Source: Candidatus Bathyarchaeia archaeon
GTDB lineage: Archaea > Thermoproteota > Bathyarchaeia > Bathyarchaeales > Bathycorpusculaceae
Reading direction: 5' to 3'
Length of the DNA: 64,000 bases
NCBI GenBank assembly: GCA_050012255.1
Contig: JBEKHN010000010.1
Location: forward strand, 1-64,000
How positions within the stretch are numbered: the first letter of the stretch is position 1; the number at the start of each line of letters is the position of its first letter. Below the pieces are notes generated by a model. The model did no database searches. It was given only the letters and a program-made list of their open reading frames with translations, and was not told the origin of the DNA. The translations under genes and the position numbers were made by a program. This document shows, piece by piece, positions 49,210-59,737 of this stretch.

Positions 49210-49544
49210 TAAACCACTTCCAATCTTTAAGAGTTTTTGCCTGAAAGCATGTGATACACCGAAAGGAAGCTGACTCAGTCAAACAATGACGGAGGCCAGA
49301 ACTGCAAGGTCAGAAGCGTCGTATTCGAAAGCCCACTCAAAGAAGACTAGGAAAAGCTGAAGACAAAGGAGACCGCGCTCTTCCAAATGAGCTGGCATGC
49401 TCTACGCTTTGCTTTCCAATCGTTCATACCCGAAAACAAAAAGAAGCAGTAGTCCACCCACAATGCAAATAAGCAGTAAAGACGGGCTGTTTAAAGCAGG
49501 ACTTCGAAGTAACGTGTGGCGCGGCACCAAACCCTCCCTCCTGC

Positions 49545-50237
49545 TCAGACGTCGGTTTTCCTTTTGATAACTTTGCAGAAAATGCTGGATTCGTCTCCTT
49601 CAATGATGGACGCCTTCACTCCAAACTCATTGAAAAGCTCAATAAATTGGTCTCCGCTGACTGTGGTGGCTGTGAACCCATCCTTGCACACTATGGTTCC
49701 CCAGCGCGTCGCCTCTTCATCAATTTCCCCAAGAAGACCTAGCTGGGACTGCTTTCTAAACCAGTCGAGACGCTCCTGCCATATCTTGGGCGAGTAGCTG
49801 GAAAACAGGATTAGCCCATCGTCTTTCGTTACCCTTATGGATTCTGCAATGAGGTGCTTCCTGTCCACTCCAAATGCAGAAATCCCGTTCTGGATACAGA
49901 ATACAGCATCGAAGACGCAGGGGGAGAAAGCCATGTTAGATGCATCCATCTGAACTATTCTATGGTTTCCGCAAGGTTTCATGTATGAGTTCGCAAGCTC
50001 CAGACTTGCCCGCGAAATGTCAACGCCAACAATCATGGAAACGAAGGGAGACACTGCTCTCATAACTCTTCCATAACCGCATCCAAGTTCGAGAACCAGA
50101 TTTGCGTCACGAACATTGGAAATAACGAATTGGATTTCCGCCTCAAGATACTGCTTGATCCTGGGAGTGGCCACTTCGTAACATTTGAGCAATTTGCTGG
50201 CAGAAAGCTTGTCTTTGTAGTATGTGCCTCTGCGCAT
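49545..50237 (-). CDS. Class I SAM-dependent methyltransferase
   Basis: VLELGCGYG, GVDIS, MDA, FDAV. Confidence 0.9.
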   Translation of the reverse strand: MRRGTYYKDKLSASKLLKCYEVATPRIKQYLEAEIQFVISNVRDANLVLELGCGYGRVMRAVSPFVSMIVGVDISRASLELANSYMKPCGNHRIVQMDASNMAFSPCVFDAVFCIQNGISAFGVDRKHLIAESIRVTKDDGLILFSSYSPKIWQERLDWFRKQSQLGLLGEIDEEATRWGTIVCKDGFTATTVSGDQFIELFNEFGVKASIIEGDESSIFCKVIKRKTDV

Positions 50238-50419
50238 AAAACAAACTGAGGTTCTGGCCTTAAATCTGTTTCATGTTCCCAACAGGTGTCATCAGGCAAT
50301 CTTCAGCCTTAACCCTGTGCTGGACCAGTTGATGAGCAAATGCTAAGAGCGAAAATGTGAAAAGGTGAAAAGGCAGGAGCTAAATAGCAGCCATGGCAAG
50401 AAGCAAGAAGATGAACTGA

Positions 50420-51193
50420 ATGTCAGGACCAGCGGGAACAGTAATGAATGTCGCGGTACTGTTTGATCTGGAGGATACACTGGTTAAGACTCCATGGTCA
50501 GTTCGTAAGCACGTGTTGGAATTCAGGCGTGATACGAGACGGAAGCTCATTGACCTTGGAATTCCAAAAACCGTCCTTGAAGGAACAAGACGCGCTACCC
50601 TCATGCGTAACATTGCATCGGAATACGTTCAACAGCATTTTAGTGAAGAGAAGACCAGAATATACCGGCGAGAAATGGAGATATTTCTAAACCATTACGA
50701 ACTGGATTCAGCAAAGAAGTCAAGGCTTTTCCCCGAGACCATTTCCACACTGCAAACACTTAGAGAACTTGGAGCGAAAATAGGGCTGGTCACTAATACT
50801 TCGAGACGGGCGGTGGACGTTGTCTTTGAAATTCATGGTTTGAAAGAATATTTCGATGTTGTAGTAACAAGGGAAGATGTTTCAAAGTTAAAGCCTCATC
50901 CTGAAGGCGTTCTGCTGGCCATAAGAAAACTCAGCGTCGGGCGCTTTCTTGTCGTGGGCGACTTGGTGCTTGACGTGTTGGCTGCCAAGGATGCAGATGG
51001 AGTAGCGATAATTGTTGCAAGAGACCTTGAGAAATCAGATTCCCAAGATCTCTTTAGGAGCCTACCGGAGATTCTGAAGGAAAACAAGCGAGCTCGCGGA
51101 GAGGGAGGAGCCTTTCAGGCGGACTATGTTATTAAGTCCTTGCGTGAGGTTCCAGTAATCTTTCGAGCGGAAGAAAGAAAAGACCGATGCTGA
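50420..51193 (+). CDS. HAD-family hydrolase
   Basis: FDLEDTL, LVTNT, LKPHP, VVGD. Confidence 0.88.
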   Translation: MSGPAGTVMNVAVLFDLEDTLVKTPWSVRKHVLEFRRDTRRKLIDLGIPKTVLEGTRRATLMRNIASEYVQQHFSEEKTRIYRREMEIFLNHYELDSAKKSRLFPETISTLQTLRELGAKIGLVTNTSRRAVDVVFEIHGLKEYFDVVVTREDVSKLKPHPEGVLLAIRKLSVGRFLVVGDLVLDVLAAKDADGVAIIVARDLEKSDSQDLFRSLPEILKENKRARGEGGAFQADYVIKSLREVPVIFRAEERKDRC

Positions 51194-51310
51194 TCGTGGA
51201 GGGGGAACGGCTCGTGAAAGCTTTGGCAACTGACTGGATTTGCTGTTCGAGGAGCATCTTAAGCTTTTTATTCCAAGACTTTCCAAGTTGTTCATGTTGA
51301 GGGAAATGTT

Positions 51311-51550
51311 TTGAAGGCCTACATTCTCATGAACACGGAAGCCAGTGAACTGTGGAGTGTTGCCGAAGCGGCGCTTAGAATTGAGGGTGTCAAGACGGCG
51401 GACGCAGTGACAGGACAGTTCGACGCAATAGCCTTGGTGGATTTTCCCAAGATGGATGATTTGGGAAGAATGATTGAGAAAATCCAGTGCCTGAAAGGCG
51501 TGATCCGAACACAGTCTCTGATAGCCATTCCGCCTCCTGTGAGAGAATAG
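51311..51550 (+). CDS. Stand-alone Lrp/AsnC ligand-binding domain protein
   Basis: AYILMN...VTGQFDAIA...GVIRTQS. Confidence 0.85.
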   Translation: MKAYILMNTEASELWSVAEAALRIEGVKTADAVTGQFDAIALVDFPKMDDLGRMIEKIQCLKGVIRTQSLIAIPPPVRE

Positions 51551-51580
51551 ACAAAGACAAAGAGTGCAGCAAGTTGCGTA

Positions 51581-51764
51581 GCGCGCATGCGTGTTCCTAA
51601 AATGGTCTAAAATGGTTTTAATTCCGTTTTGCACATTTCTGCCAGTGCTCAAGAAGACAGTTGCTCAAAGAAATCAAGAACAGATACGAAGCCCAAAACC
51701 TTCCTTAAATCATGGAAGGCGAATAAAAACCATTTTAGGCCAATTTCGGAACAAGCATGCGCGC
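51581..51764. mobile_element. MITE of about 184 bp with about 39-bp imperfect terminal inverted repeats
   Basis: Left GCGCGCATGCGTGTTCCTAAAATGGTCTAAAATGGTTTT; right (reverse complement) GCGCGCATGCTTGTTCCGAAATTGGCCTAAAATGGTTTT. Confidence 0.85.
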
Positions 51765-51888
51765 GTCCGCCAAAAGTCAAACGCCGATATTGAGTCGGGA
51801 TGCTGAGGGCTCTTCAGAAAAATAGTCTTTCGCGGAATTTCTTTGCGATGTGTTTGGAGTCACAATTTAGAAAATCTTCTTGCTCCGT

Positions 51889-52713
51889 CTATGGTGGAGG
51901 AGGCGATGGTGGAGGCATGCTGATCCTTGGATGAGTTCGCGGGTCTGGCAGAGGCTCAAAGAAGTTCTGAAAGTTGAAATGACCGCCTAGCAGGTCCCTC
52001 AAGATCGTGGCGAACGGAAGAAAAACGATGATCAGGTTCATTAAAAGTACCCCAACCCCGATTGACGGTGCGAGTCCCACAGAAAGGGCATTCCAGGTCA
52101 TGTGAGCGATTAGCCCTAGAAACAAGAACAGTACTCCCAGTCCAAGAAGTACTCCTTCATCAGATGATTTTTTGGCTAAGAGAACGAAGATTCCCATTCC
52201 GACGAAGGCTGACCAAAGCGGATGCATGAACGGTTCCACCATCAATCTGGCCAACAAGGCGTCCGTGCTTGCGCCGCCAACTGCGTACACAACAGTTTCA
52301 GCGATTGCGAACCCCAGTCCAGCTGAGGCTCCTACGGCCGCTGCCCACCGACGATTTGGAATCGTTTTCCACATAAGTAGAACCACAATCAATACGCTTA
52401 AGGCTTTGAAAGGCTCTTCAGTGAGAGGCGCAACGATCACTAATGGAACCCAATCACCTGCTTGCAGACCATATGCAAGTTGCACGATTAAGGATAGCAC
52501 AATGCTGAGTGTGGCCCCGAGGAATAGAGCCACGATTAGACCTTTTCTCGGACTTCTGCCCATTGACAATTGAAGATTCTGTTCAAGAGTGGCTAGGCGG
52601 GCTCTTATGCCCAAGAAGAAACGGGTTTCAGGTCCGTGAAAACCCCTCATTGCTGGGATATCTTCGGGAGGTGGTGGAGGTGGGTAGGACTGTTCGGTCA
52701 TGTTTTTCGCCAC
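51889..52713 (-). CDS. PrsW-family intramembrane metalloprotease
   Basis: APLTEEPFK, GLGFAIAE, MH, HMTWN; Pro-rich at both termini. Confidence 0.88.
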   Translation of the reverse strand: MAKNMTEQSYPPPPPPEDIPAMRGFHGPETRFFLGIRARLATLEQNLQLSMGRSPRKGLIVALFLGATLSIVLSLIVQLAYGLQAGDWVPLVIVAPLTEEPFKALSVLIVVLLMWKTIPNRRWAAAVGASAGLGFAIAETVVYAVGGASTDALLARLMVEPFMHPLWSAFVGMGIFVLLAKKSSDEGVLLGLGVLFLFLGLIAHMTWNALSVGLAPSIGVGVLLMNLIIVFLPFATILRDLLGGHFNFQNFFEPLPDPRTHPRISMPPPSPPPP

Positions 52714-53000
52714 TCACAATTCGGCTTCAATATTCATTAGGTTTTCGCAACTGTCTTGGCTAAAGGCATCTGATGCTTAGAAGATCCAAAACTGAGAAGC
52801 GCGCGCTCCTCCAGTAAGGGAATAAATGAAGATCTGAGACTCCGGCTAGTTGTGGGCCAGAGTGTTTGTAAACGGGCTAAGTCTCGGAGGAGTTTTTGTC
52901 CCGTGATAAGATCGCGAGATAAACGTGTGTCGGGCTGATGATACTGTAAACTTATTTGTCATGGGAACCTTCAGTCTTTTGCTTGACTCCATCGAAGCTA

Positions 53001-53199
53001 GCGCGCATGCTTGTTCCTAAATTCTGTTCAAGAGGAGGTATCGCGTTTTTCGATGGTCAATGGTTACTGTCACGGTTCATGCTGGGTTCTTGCGTGCTCA
53101 CACCCTCCCCCGGGTATCCTATATGATCCAAATATGGCTGAAGAGCAAATGAGCAGCACAAGCTACTTCCCAAAAGAATTTAGGAACGCGCTAGCGCGC
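53001..53199. mobile_element. MITE of about 199 bp with about 25-bp terminal inverted repeats
   Basis: Left GCGCGCATGCTTGTTCCTAAATTCT; right (reverse complement) GCGCGCTAGCGCGTTCCTAAATTCT. Confidence 0.8.
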
Positions 53200-53325
53200 T
53201 ACAGTATCCGGGCTGATTGAGTTGTCTTTGATATTGGAGGCACGGATAGACAGTGAAAGCACGCGCCTTGCCACCAGAGAGCCACACATCTTCTGTCATG
53301 TTCGTCTTTCCAGATTGACCGTGAT

Positions 53326-54090
53326 TCAAATCTTGATCCGTTTGAAGCTCCAAGCCGCCAAAAGAAACATACCTACGCTTTCAACCACGAGCAACAAGAC
53401 TTCGTAGCCAAGATAGCTGGTTTGAAGACCTAGGATTCCAAATCTGAACATGTCGGCGGCGTAAGTCAGTGGGTTAGCTAAAGCTAATGCACGTATGAAT
53501 GCAGGAACGTTTTCAAGTGGGTAAAAAGTCGAACTTAAAAAAAGTAGTGGAGGCATTATAATGTTGAACACGACGTTCAAGACTTCATCGGTTTTCACGG
53601 CCGTGGAGACTACTATGGAAAATGAGCCGAACAATAGAGATCCGAGCATCCAAGCGGCCGCAATGTATAAGATTCCAAGAGCATTGACCGATAAACCAGA
53701 CAGAAGTGGAGATGTGAATAGAAGAACTAGAAAGGCCATTGCAAGACCCTGAAGGGCTACTGAGAGAATCTTGCTTGCTATGTATTGCGTTTTCGTGAAT
53801 GGTCCAACAAGAATCTGTTCAAACATCCCGAATCTTTTGTCGAACCATATCGACGCTCCCGCAAGGACTCCTCCCGTGAGAAACTGACTTACAATTATGC
53901 CTGGGGCGAGGAATAGGACGTAGCTCATGCTGATTCCGCCTGAAACAACGCTAGGAATAGCACCGCCAAGGGCAAATCCCAGAACAAAAATGTAGATGAG
54001 AGGTGAAACAAGCATCGATGCCAAGAATAAGGGTGACATGAGAAGACTTCCTCGAATGTCCCGAACAAGTAGCTTGAGCATGCTGTTCAT
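53326..54090 (-). CDS. ABC-2 type transporter permease
   Basis: FLAPG, FLSSTFYP, NPLTYA. Confidence 0.92.
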   Translation of the reverse strand: MNSMLKLLVRDIRGSLLMSPLFLASMLVSPLIYIFVLGFALGGAIPSVVSGGISMSYVLFLAPGIIVSQFLTGGVLAGASIWFDKRFGMFEQILVGPFTKTQYIASKILSVALQGLAMAFLVLLFTSPLLSGLSVNALGILYIAAAWMLGSLLFGSFSIVVSTAVKTDEVLNVVFNIIMPPLLFLSSTFYPLENVPAFIRALALANPLTYAADMFRFGILGLQTSYLGYEVLLLVVESVGMFLLAAWSFKRIKI

Positions 54091-55043
54091 GCTTCTTCCT
54101 CCTTCTTTGAAGTCAATCTTAAGAAAGCCTCTTCGAGAGTTGACTCTTTAATGTTGATTGTTGTGACGTGCTGTCCATTTGCAAACAGAGCTTGAAGTAA
54201 TCTGGGCAGCACGGTTGATGGGTCGTCTGTCGATATCCTGAAAAACTCATCCTCTTCTTGCGGTTCATAGAAAGCGTTAATCCCCTCAATAGGCGTCAAG
54301 ATTCTTCTCAGTTCTGCACCCTTCTCAGCAAGTGTAAACTCGATGATCTCTCCCGTTCCAAACCTTGACCGAAGTCTATCAACCGTGTCATCAGCCAAGA
54401 TCTTGCCGTGGTCTATTATCGCCACCCTGTCGCACAGGTATTCAGCTTCTTCCATGATGTGGGTTGTGAAGAAAACCGTCAAGCCTTCTGAAGCACGTTT
54501 CTTCACGTAGTCCAATAGTGTTCTTCGCACTTGAGGGTCGAGACCAAGAGTAGGTTCATCCAGGAAAAGGATGTCCATGTCGTGCATCAGCTCGCGGGCA
54601 ATTTGAACTCTCCTTCTCTGGCCGATCGAAAGCTCCGGACCTTTCGTTTTCAAGCAATCCTTCAACCCGAAAAGCTCACTCAAGAACTGAATCTTCTTAC
54701 TCCTCTCCTCTTTAGGGATATCCCAAAGGAAACCAGAGCTATCCAGATTTTGCTCAACCGTCATGAACATTTCGAGACTCGGCTGCTGCTGAACCACTCC
54801 GATCCTGCGTCTAATCTTCAAAGGCTCCTCAGTGACATCGTGGCCAAGGACGATGGCTTTGCCGCGTGTAGGGGGAATCAAAGTTGTAAGCACCTTTATG
54901 GTGGTCGTCTTCCCAGCACCGTTAGGACCCAAGAAGCCAAAAATCTCGCCTTTTCTTACACCAAAAGAAACGCCGTCAACGGCAGCCTTTTCACCGTAAA
55001 CTCTAACGAGCCCATCAACCAAAATGGTATAGTCTGAAATCAA
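54087..55043 (-). CDS. ABC transporter ATP-binding protein (DrrA-like)
   Basis: GPNGAGKTT, LSIGQ, LDEPT, TTH, C-terminal TLEEAF. Confidence 0.94.
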   Translation of the reverse strand: MISDYTILVDGLVRVYGEKAAVDGVSFGVRKGEIFGFLGPNGAGKTTTIKVLTTLIPPTRGKAIVLGHDVTEEPLKIRRRIGVVQQQPSLEMFMTVEQNLDSSGFLWDIPKEERSKKIQFLSELFGLKDCLKTKGPELSIGQRRRVQIARELMHDMDILFLDEPTLGLDPQVRRTLLDYVKKRASEGLTVFFTTHIMEEAEYLCDRVAIIDHGKILADDTVDRLRSRFGTGEIIEFTLAEKGAELRRILTPIEGINAFYEPQEEDEFFRISTDDPSTVLPRLLQALFANGQHVTTINIKESTLEEAFLRLTSKKEEEA

Positions 55044-55135
55044 ACCGTTCCGCTCAAGAAATGTGCGTCAGGCTCTTCTTTTAAGTTCTCCTGAAGTTTC
55101 AGTAGCGTCAGGGTGGCCATAGTATTGTTTAATTA

Positions 55136-55630
55136 TTGGGTTTCACTAGAATGTATTCGAGTTGTTCTGACAGTGGCGAGGGGAAGTTTTTGAGGGCGGC
55201 CGAAGCTATGAGAACAAGCACAGTCACCGTTGAAGAAGGCATGTCTGTTGCTGAAGCCTCTCTAGGCATGTACAAAAAAGGAGAGGGATGCGCTATTGTT
55301 TTGCGGCAAGGGAAACCGTTTGGCATAGTAACTGAACGCGACGTGACTTGGAAAGTTGCTGCAAAAGGGCTTGACCCCAAAAATGTGAAAGTCGCCGAAG
55401 TAATGTCGACGCCCTTGATAACGATCGATCCGAACGCGGACCTGACAGAAGCAGCTAAGATAATGAAAAAACACAAGATCCGGAGACTAGCAGTGGTTAG
55501 AGAAGGAGCCCTTCACGGCGTCTTAACAGCCAACGATGTTGCCCGCAACCTTGAAAACTACATGGATAAGGAGATACGAGATATTCTAGGATATTTGTGG
55601 ACGCCTCGCTATCTTCCCGAAGAGGGTTAA
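55136..55630 (+). CDS. CBS-domain protein
   Basis: GIVTERD, EVMSTP, IRRLAV, GVLT. Confidence 0.9.
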   Translation: MGFTRMYSSCSDSGEGKFLRAAEAMRTSTVTVEEGMSVAEASLGMYKKGEGCAIVLRQGKPFGIVTERDVTWKVAAKGLDPKNVKVAEVMSTPLITIDPNADLTEAAKIMKKHKIRRLAVVREGALHGVLTANDVARNLENYMDKEIRDILGYLWTPRYLPEEG

Positions 55631-55736
55631 AATAAACCTCTGAAAAAGCGGAAGCGCTCTACCTCGTATCTCATATTAAGACGCATTATGATTTGTCACG
55701 GCCAATCACGCTTATCTCTTCGATTGTCCGCATAGA

Positions 55737-56492
55737 CTATTGTGGTGTGTCTGTTCCTGTTTCTTCTCTGAATTGCAGTCTGTAGAATGAGCTGTACAAT
55801 CCTTTCTGGCGCATGAGCTGTTCATGCGTGCCTCTTTCCACGATTTCGCCGTGATCGATCGTTAGGATTTCGTCGCACAGTCTGATTGTTGAGAGTCGAT
55901 GTGCGATTATTATCGTCATTCTGTTTTGCATCAGTCTCTTTAAGGCTCTTTGGATCACCAGTTCGGTGTAGGCGTCAACTGAGGATGTTGCCTCGTCCAG
56001 CACTAGGATTTCGGGATTTGCAAGTAGTGTTCTGGCGAAGCTTACGAGTTGTCTTTGACCTATGGATATATTTGAAGACCCTTCCTGTATGACGTAGTCG
56101 TAGTCGTTGGGAAGTTTCATTATGAAATCGTGGGCACCGATGGATTTTGCTGCGTCCACGACTTCTTGGTCTGACGCTTCAAGTCTCCCGAATCTTATGT
56201 TTTCCCTTATGGAAAGTGAAAAAAGAAACGAGTCCTGCAGCACTATGCTCATGCGGCCTCTTAAAGAAGCAAGCGGGATGTCTCTTATGTCATGTCCATT
56301 GATGAGGATTCTGCCTTCGCCTGGGTCGTAGAATCTTGCAAGCAGGTTGATTATCGTGCTTTTTCCCGCGCCTGTCTGGCCGACAATCGCGAGTTTCATG
56401 TTGCGTTTCAGGGTGAAGTTGATGTTCTTTAAAACTGGGACGTCGATGTCGTACGCGAAATTGACGTTTTCGAATCTCACTTCTTCTATCAT
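55737..56492 (-). CDS. Nucleotide-binding half of a split ABC exporter subunit
   Basis: GQTGAGKST, ISIGQRQ, LDEATS, AHRLST; ATGA overlap with the upstream TMD ORF. Confidence 0.85.
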   Translation of the reverse strand: MIEEVRFENVNFAYDIDVPVLKNINFTLKRNMKLAIVGQTGAGKSTIINLLARFYDPGEGRILINGHDIRDIPLASLRGRMSIVLQDSFLFSLSIRENIRFGRLEASDQEVVDAAKSIGAHDFIMKLPNDYDYVIQEGSSNISIGQRQLVSFARTLLANPEILVLDEATSSVDAYTELVIQRALKRLMQNRMTIIIAHRLSTIRLCDEILTIDHGEIVERGTHEQLMRQKGLYSSFYRLQFREETGTDTPQ

Positions 56493-57556
56493 TGCAATGA
56501 GATACTCCTTTCAGGCGGTGCGTCCACGACTTCGACTTTCGTGTCTATCACATCGAACATTCTTTCAATCGCAGACATGGCTGACTGGTACTGGTCGTAC
56601 ATGGTTACAAGGTCAATCAGCGGCATGAAATATGAGAACTGGTACTCGATGAAGGCTACCAGAATTCCCAGCGTGATCGTTGGCGGTACTGCCACCAATG
56701 CATAGACGCCGAAGAACAGGATTATCATGGTTCCGATCAGTCTCAGTGCCATCACAAACGGCGTGTACGACGAGCCTATGAGGATGGCTCTGATGGTAGC
56801 CTTGACGTTTTCGTCTTGACTTCTCAGGAACTTCTTTTCTGTCTCTTTCTCCTGCGCGTAGGCTTGGGTGACTTTTATGCCTGCCAAGTCTTCCTGTAAC
56901 CTGGCCGTCAACCCTGAAGTCGTGATCAGCGTTCTCCTGTAGGCTGCTCTTGAGTATTTTCCGAGGTACCAGACCAGCACTATGGCCACGGGCAGAACTG
57001 AGATGGCCAGAAGTGACAGTCGAAGGTCAAGATAGAACATAATTGCGAAGGCGCCCAGTATCGAAGAGATGTCTACCAGAATGCTCGTTAGTCCAACTCT
57101 GATGAATATTCTGACGGTGTTGGCGTCGTTGGTCGGGCGCGAGATTATTCTTCCAGCTTCGCCTTCTGAAAAATACCTGAGGGAGATGACCTGCAGCTTT
57201 TCCATCATGTCGTCCCGCATCTTTGCAACCACTTTTTCTCCCACTATACGCATTTGATAGGTTTGGATGTACTGGAACAGATAGTTGCCTAGAATGATAG
57301 CGGCGAACAGGGGGATCCACCATATGAAGCTCGAAAGGTTCTTCGGCGTTATTATGCTGTCTATGGCTATTGCGTGCATGTAGGGGGCAGCTAAGCCGGT
57401 GAAGGCGCCTGCTATCGTGGCGGTAACGCCGATTTGCAGGTTTCGTTTGTGGGCTTGAGCGTACTCGTAGACCCTTCTAATCAACACCCGGTCAGGGACG
57501 GTTCTCTTTCTTCTTTCTTCCTGTTTTGTCGAGAAAGTTCCGTACGAACCTGACAT
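56489..57556 (-). CDS. Transmembrane half of a split ABC exporter subunit
   Basis: Six-TM ABC_membrane pattern ending in the linker ERMFDVID...DAP. Confidence 0.85.
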   Translation of the reverse strand: MSGSYGTFSTKQEERRKRTVPDRVLIRRVYEYAQAHKRNLQIGVTATIAGAFTGLAAPYMHAIAIDSIITPKNLSSFIWWIPLFAAIILGNYLFQYIQTYQMRIVGEKVVAKMRDDMMEKLQVISLRYFSEGEAGRIISRPTNDANTVRIFIRVGLTSILVDISSILGAFAIMFYLDLRLSLLAISVLPVAIVLVWYLGKYSRAAYRRTLITTSGLTARLQEDLAGIKVTQAYAQEKETEKKFLRSQDENVKATIRAILIGSSYTPFVMALRLIGTMIILFFGVYALVAVPPTITLGILVAFIEYQFSYFMPLIDLVTMYDQYQSAMSAIERMFDVIDTKVEVVDAPPERSISLQ

Positions 57557-59400
57557 TAGGAATCACCTGCTTCTCGTAGGATGGGTGAAGTTTTTTGGAC
57601 AAACTGGGTTTCATAGACCTTCTTGTAGACGCCATCTCTTGCTATGAGCTCCTCGTGTGTGCCAAATTCCGCTACTGAACCGTTCTCAAGGACCAGTATC
57701 TTGTCAGCCGTCTTTATCGTTGAGAATCTCTGCGCGATTATGAGGGTTGTCCTCGCCCTTGTTGCTTCTTCTATTGCGGATTGAATCTCTTGCTCCGTCT
57801 TCGCGTCCACAAAGGAGAGCGAATCGTCCATTATCAGCATCCTCGGGTTGCCCACGAGCGCTCTCGCTATGGTTATTCTCTGCTTCTGACCTCCCGAAAG
57901 CGTGACCCCCCTTTCCCCAACAGCTGTGTCGTAACCAGATGGAAGGGATTCAATGAAATCGTGTATTCTGGCCGACTTGGCAGCTTGCACTATTTCATCC
58001 ATCGAGGCGTCAGGCTTACCGAAAGCAATATTCTCCCTCATCGTTCCAGAAAACAGGAAAACATCCTGCAGGACCACGCCTATCTGCCGCCTTAGGGAAG
58101 CCAGCTTGAATCCGCGGATGTCCGTGCCATCTATCCTTATGCTGCCCGCCTGGATGTCGTAAAACCTTGGGATTAGGTATATCAGAGAGCTCTTTCCTGA
58201 CCCCGTTGCACCCAGTATCGCTATTTTTTCACCTGGCTGCACCGTAAAAGTGACCTTATTTAGCACAGGCCTGTCTTTCACGTACCCAAACGCGACGTTT
58301 TCCAGCTCAAGTTTTCCTTTTTCTATCCTAACGTCTCTGGCGTTAGGCACATCTTCAACGCTTCTTGGAGCATCTATCATTTCTTGGACTCTTTCCAGTC
58401 CAGCATAAGCCGCAATCCACGTTCCCAAAGTCTGGCTTACGTCCCTTATGGGAAACGTCAGTCTCATCATGTACCTGACAAAGAGAATCAAGTAGCCAAT
58501 TTGTTCAACCGCCAAGGCTGAGTATGGAACTCCTAGCGTAATTCCTGCGTACACGTAGACCAGGGCCGCTCCAAGCGTCAGCAGCGCTGGACCGAGTGGC
58601 ATGTAGATTGACTGTATTTTGCCCGCGGTGATTGCCGTGTTCACGTATACGTCTTCCACGTCTTTGAATCCGTCAACAACATCTTTTTCTCGGCGGAATA
58701 TCCTGACTGTCTTCATTCCGATGATGTTTTGCTGTATGTAGGAGGTCAATCTTCCCATGATTAGCTGCATGTTTCTGAAGAGGGGCATCGTGTCTATCCA
58801 TAGGCGCGTTGTGAAATAGAAGATGAGCGGCATCGTGGCTACGGAGATCAGGGTCATGGTCGGGCTTATTGGAAGGATTATCGCAATGATGATGATTGTT
58901 GTGAAGACGGCGTTGAGAACAGTGCCCAGCCATGTTCTCAGAAACATGTCGACCAATTGAAGGTCTACTGTGGCTCTTGACGTCAGATCTCCAACGCCTA
59001 CAGAATCATAAAAACTGAAGGATTTGCTCTGAAGCGAACGGTAATACTCGGACCTTATGTCTCGCACTATGTACTGGGACATTACCCCGTGCATGTAAGT
59101 CAGAATGAAGTTTGTTATGGCGTAGCCTATTCCGGCCAGTACGATAACGAGCAGATAGCCCAACAATAGACTGGTGTTAGTCGGGGGTCCTATCACATAG
59201 ATGATGATATAGGACGTGTACAATGGTTCGAGCGAGAACAGAATGGATCTTATCACTGCAAGAACGACTATTGCCGTGACGTGCCAAGGGTATTTCCTGT
59301 GGTACTGCAAGAGTCTTTTGAAAGCCGAAAAGGATTGCGCGAAACCCTTCTGCGGTTTAAGCGACTTTGCATAATCGAGAAGAGGCTTTGCTATACTCAT
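57556..59400 (-). CDS. ABC exporter subunit, fused TMD-NBD (degenerate-site partner)
   Basis: GATGSGKS, LSGGQKQR, Walker B MDDS, switch AQR. Confidence 0.95.
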   Translation of the reverse strand: MSIAKPLLDYAKSLKPQKGFAQSFSAFKRLLQYHRKYPWHVTAIVVLAVIRSILFSLEPLYTSYIIIYVIGPPTNTSLLLGYLLVIVLAGIGYAITNFILTYMHGVMSQYIVRDIRSEYYRSLQSKSFSFYDSVGVGDLTSRATVDLQLVDMFLRTWLGTVLNAVFTTIIIIAIILPISPTMTLISVATMPLIFYFTTRLWIDTMPLFRNMQLIMGRLTSYIQQNIIGMKTVRIFRREKDVVDGFKDVEDVYVNTAITAGKIQSIYMPLGPALLTLGAALVYVYAGITLGVPYSALAVEQIGYLILFVRYMMRLTFPIRDVSQTLGTWIAAYAGLERVQEMIDAPRSVEDVPNARDVRIEKGKLELENVAFGYVKDRPVLNKVTFTVQPGEKIAILGATGSGKSSLIYLIPRFYDIQAGSIRIDGTDIRGFKLASLRRQIGVVLQDVFLFSGTMRENIAFGKPDASMDEIVQAAKSARIHDFIESLPSGYDTAVGERGVTLSGGQKQRITIARALVGNPRMLIMDDSLSFVDAKTEQEIQSAIEEATRARTTLIIAQRFSTIKTADKILVLENGSVAEFGTHEELIARDGVYKKVYETQFVQKTSPILREAGDS

Positions 59401-59505
59401 TGTGATCTTCTTAGGTTAGCCCAAACGCCTCAAATCAATATAAAGATTTTCAGAACGCCCCTTTTTATTGCGTATTAACAAGTGGAAGTTGGCTGCCTGG
59501 AGGCT

Positions 59506-59530
59506 GCGCGCATGCCTGTTCCCAAATTCG
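59506..59530. mobile_element. Solo IS/MITE terminal repeat
   Basis: GCGCGCATGCCTGTTCCCAAATTC matches the family end. Confidence 0.65.
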
Positions 59531-59737
59531 CTGAAGTGTAATAGGTTGAGTGCCGTACCTCTTTTTGAGGGGATAAATGAAGAGATGCGAGACTCTTGAG
59601 ACATTGTTTGGCAATGTTCACTTTTGAGTTTAAGGCTCTCACAAGGGGTATGTTTTATTATTGCCTGTTACGAGTAGCACTATCGTTTAAACAGAATCTG
59701 CGTTGCCGAACAACTGAGTTATTGTGAGAGTGATGTA

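Noticed and set aside
49230-49520. Hydrophobic broken frames upstream of the P-type ATPase
   Set aside because: Possible membrane-protein remnant, but no consistent frame or motif.
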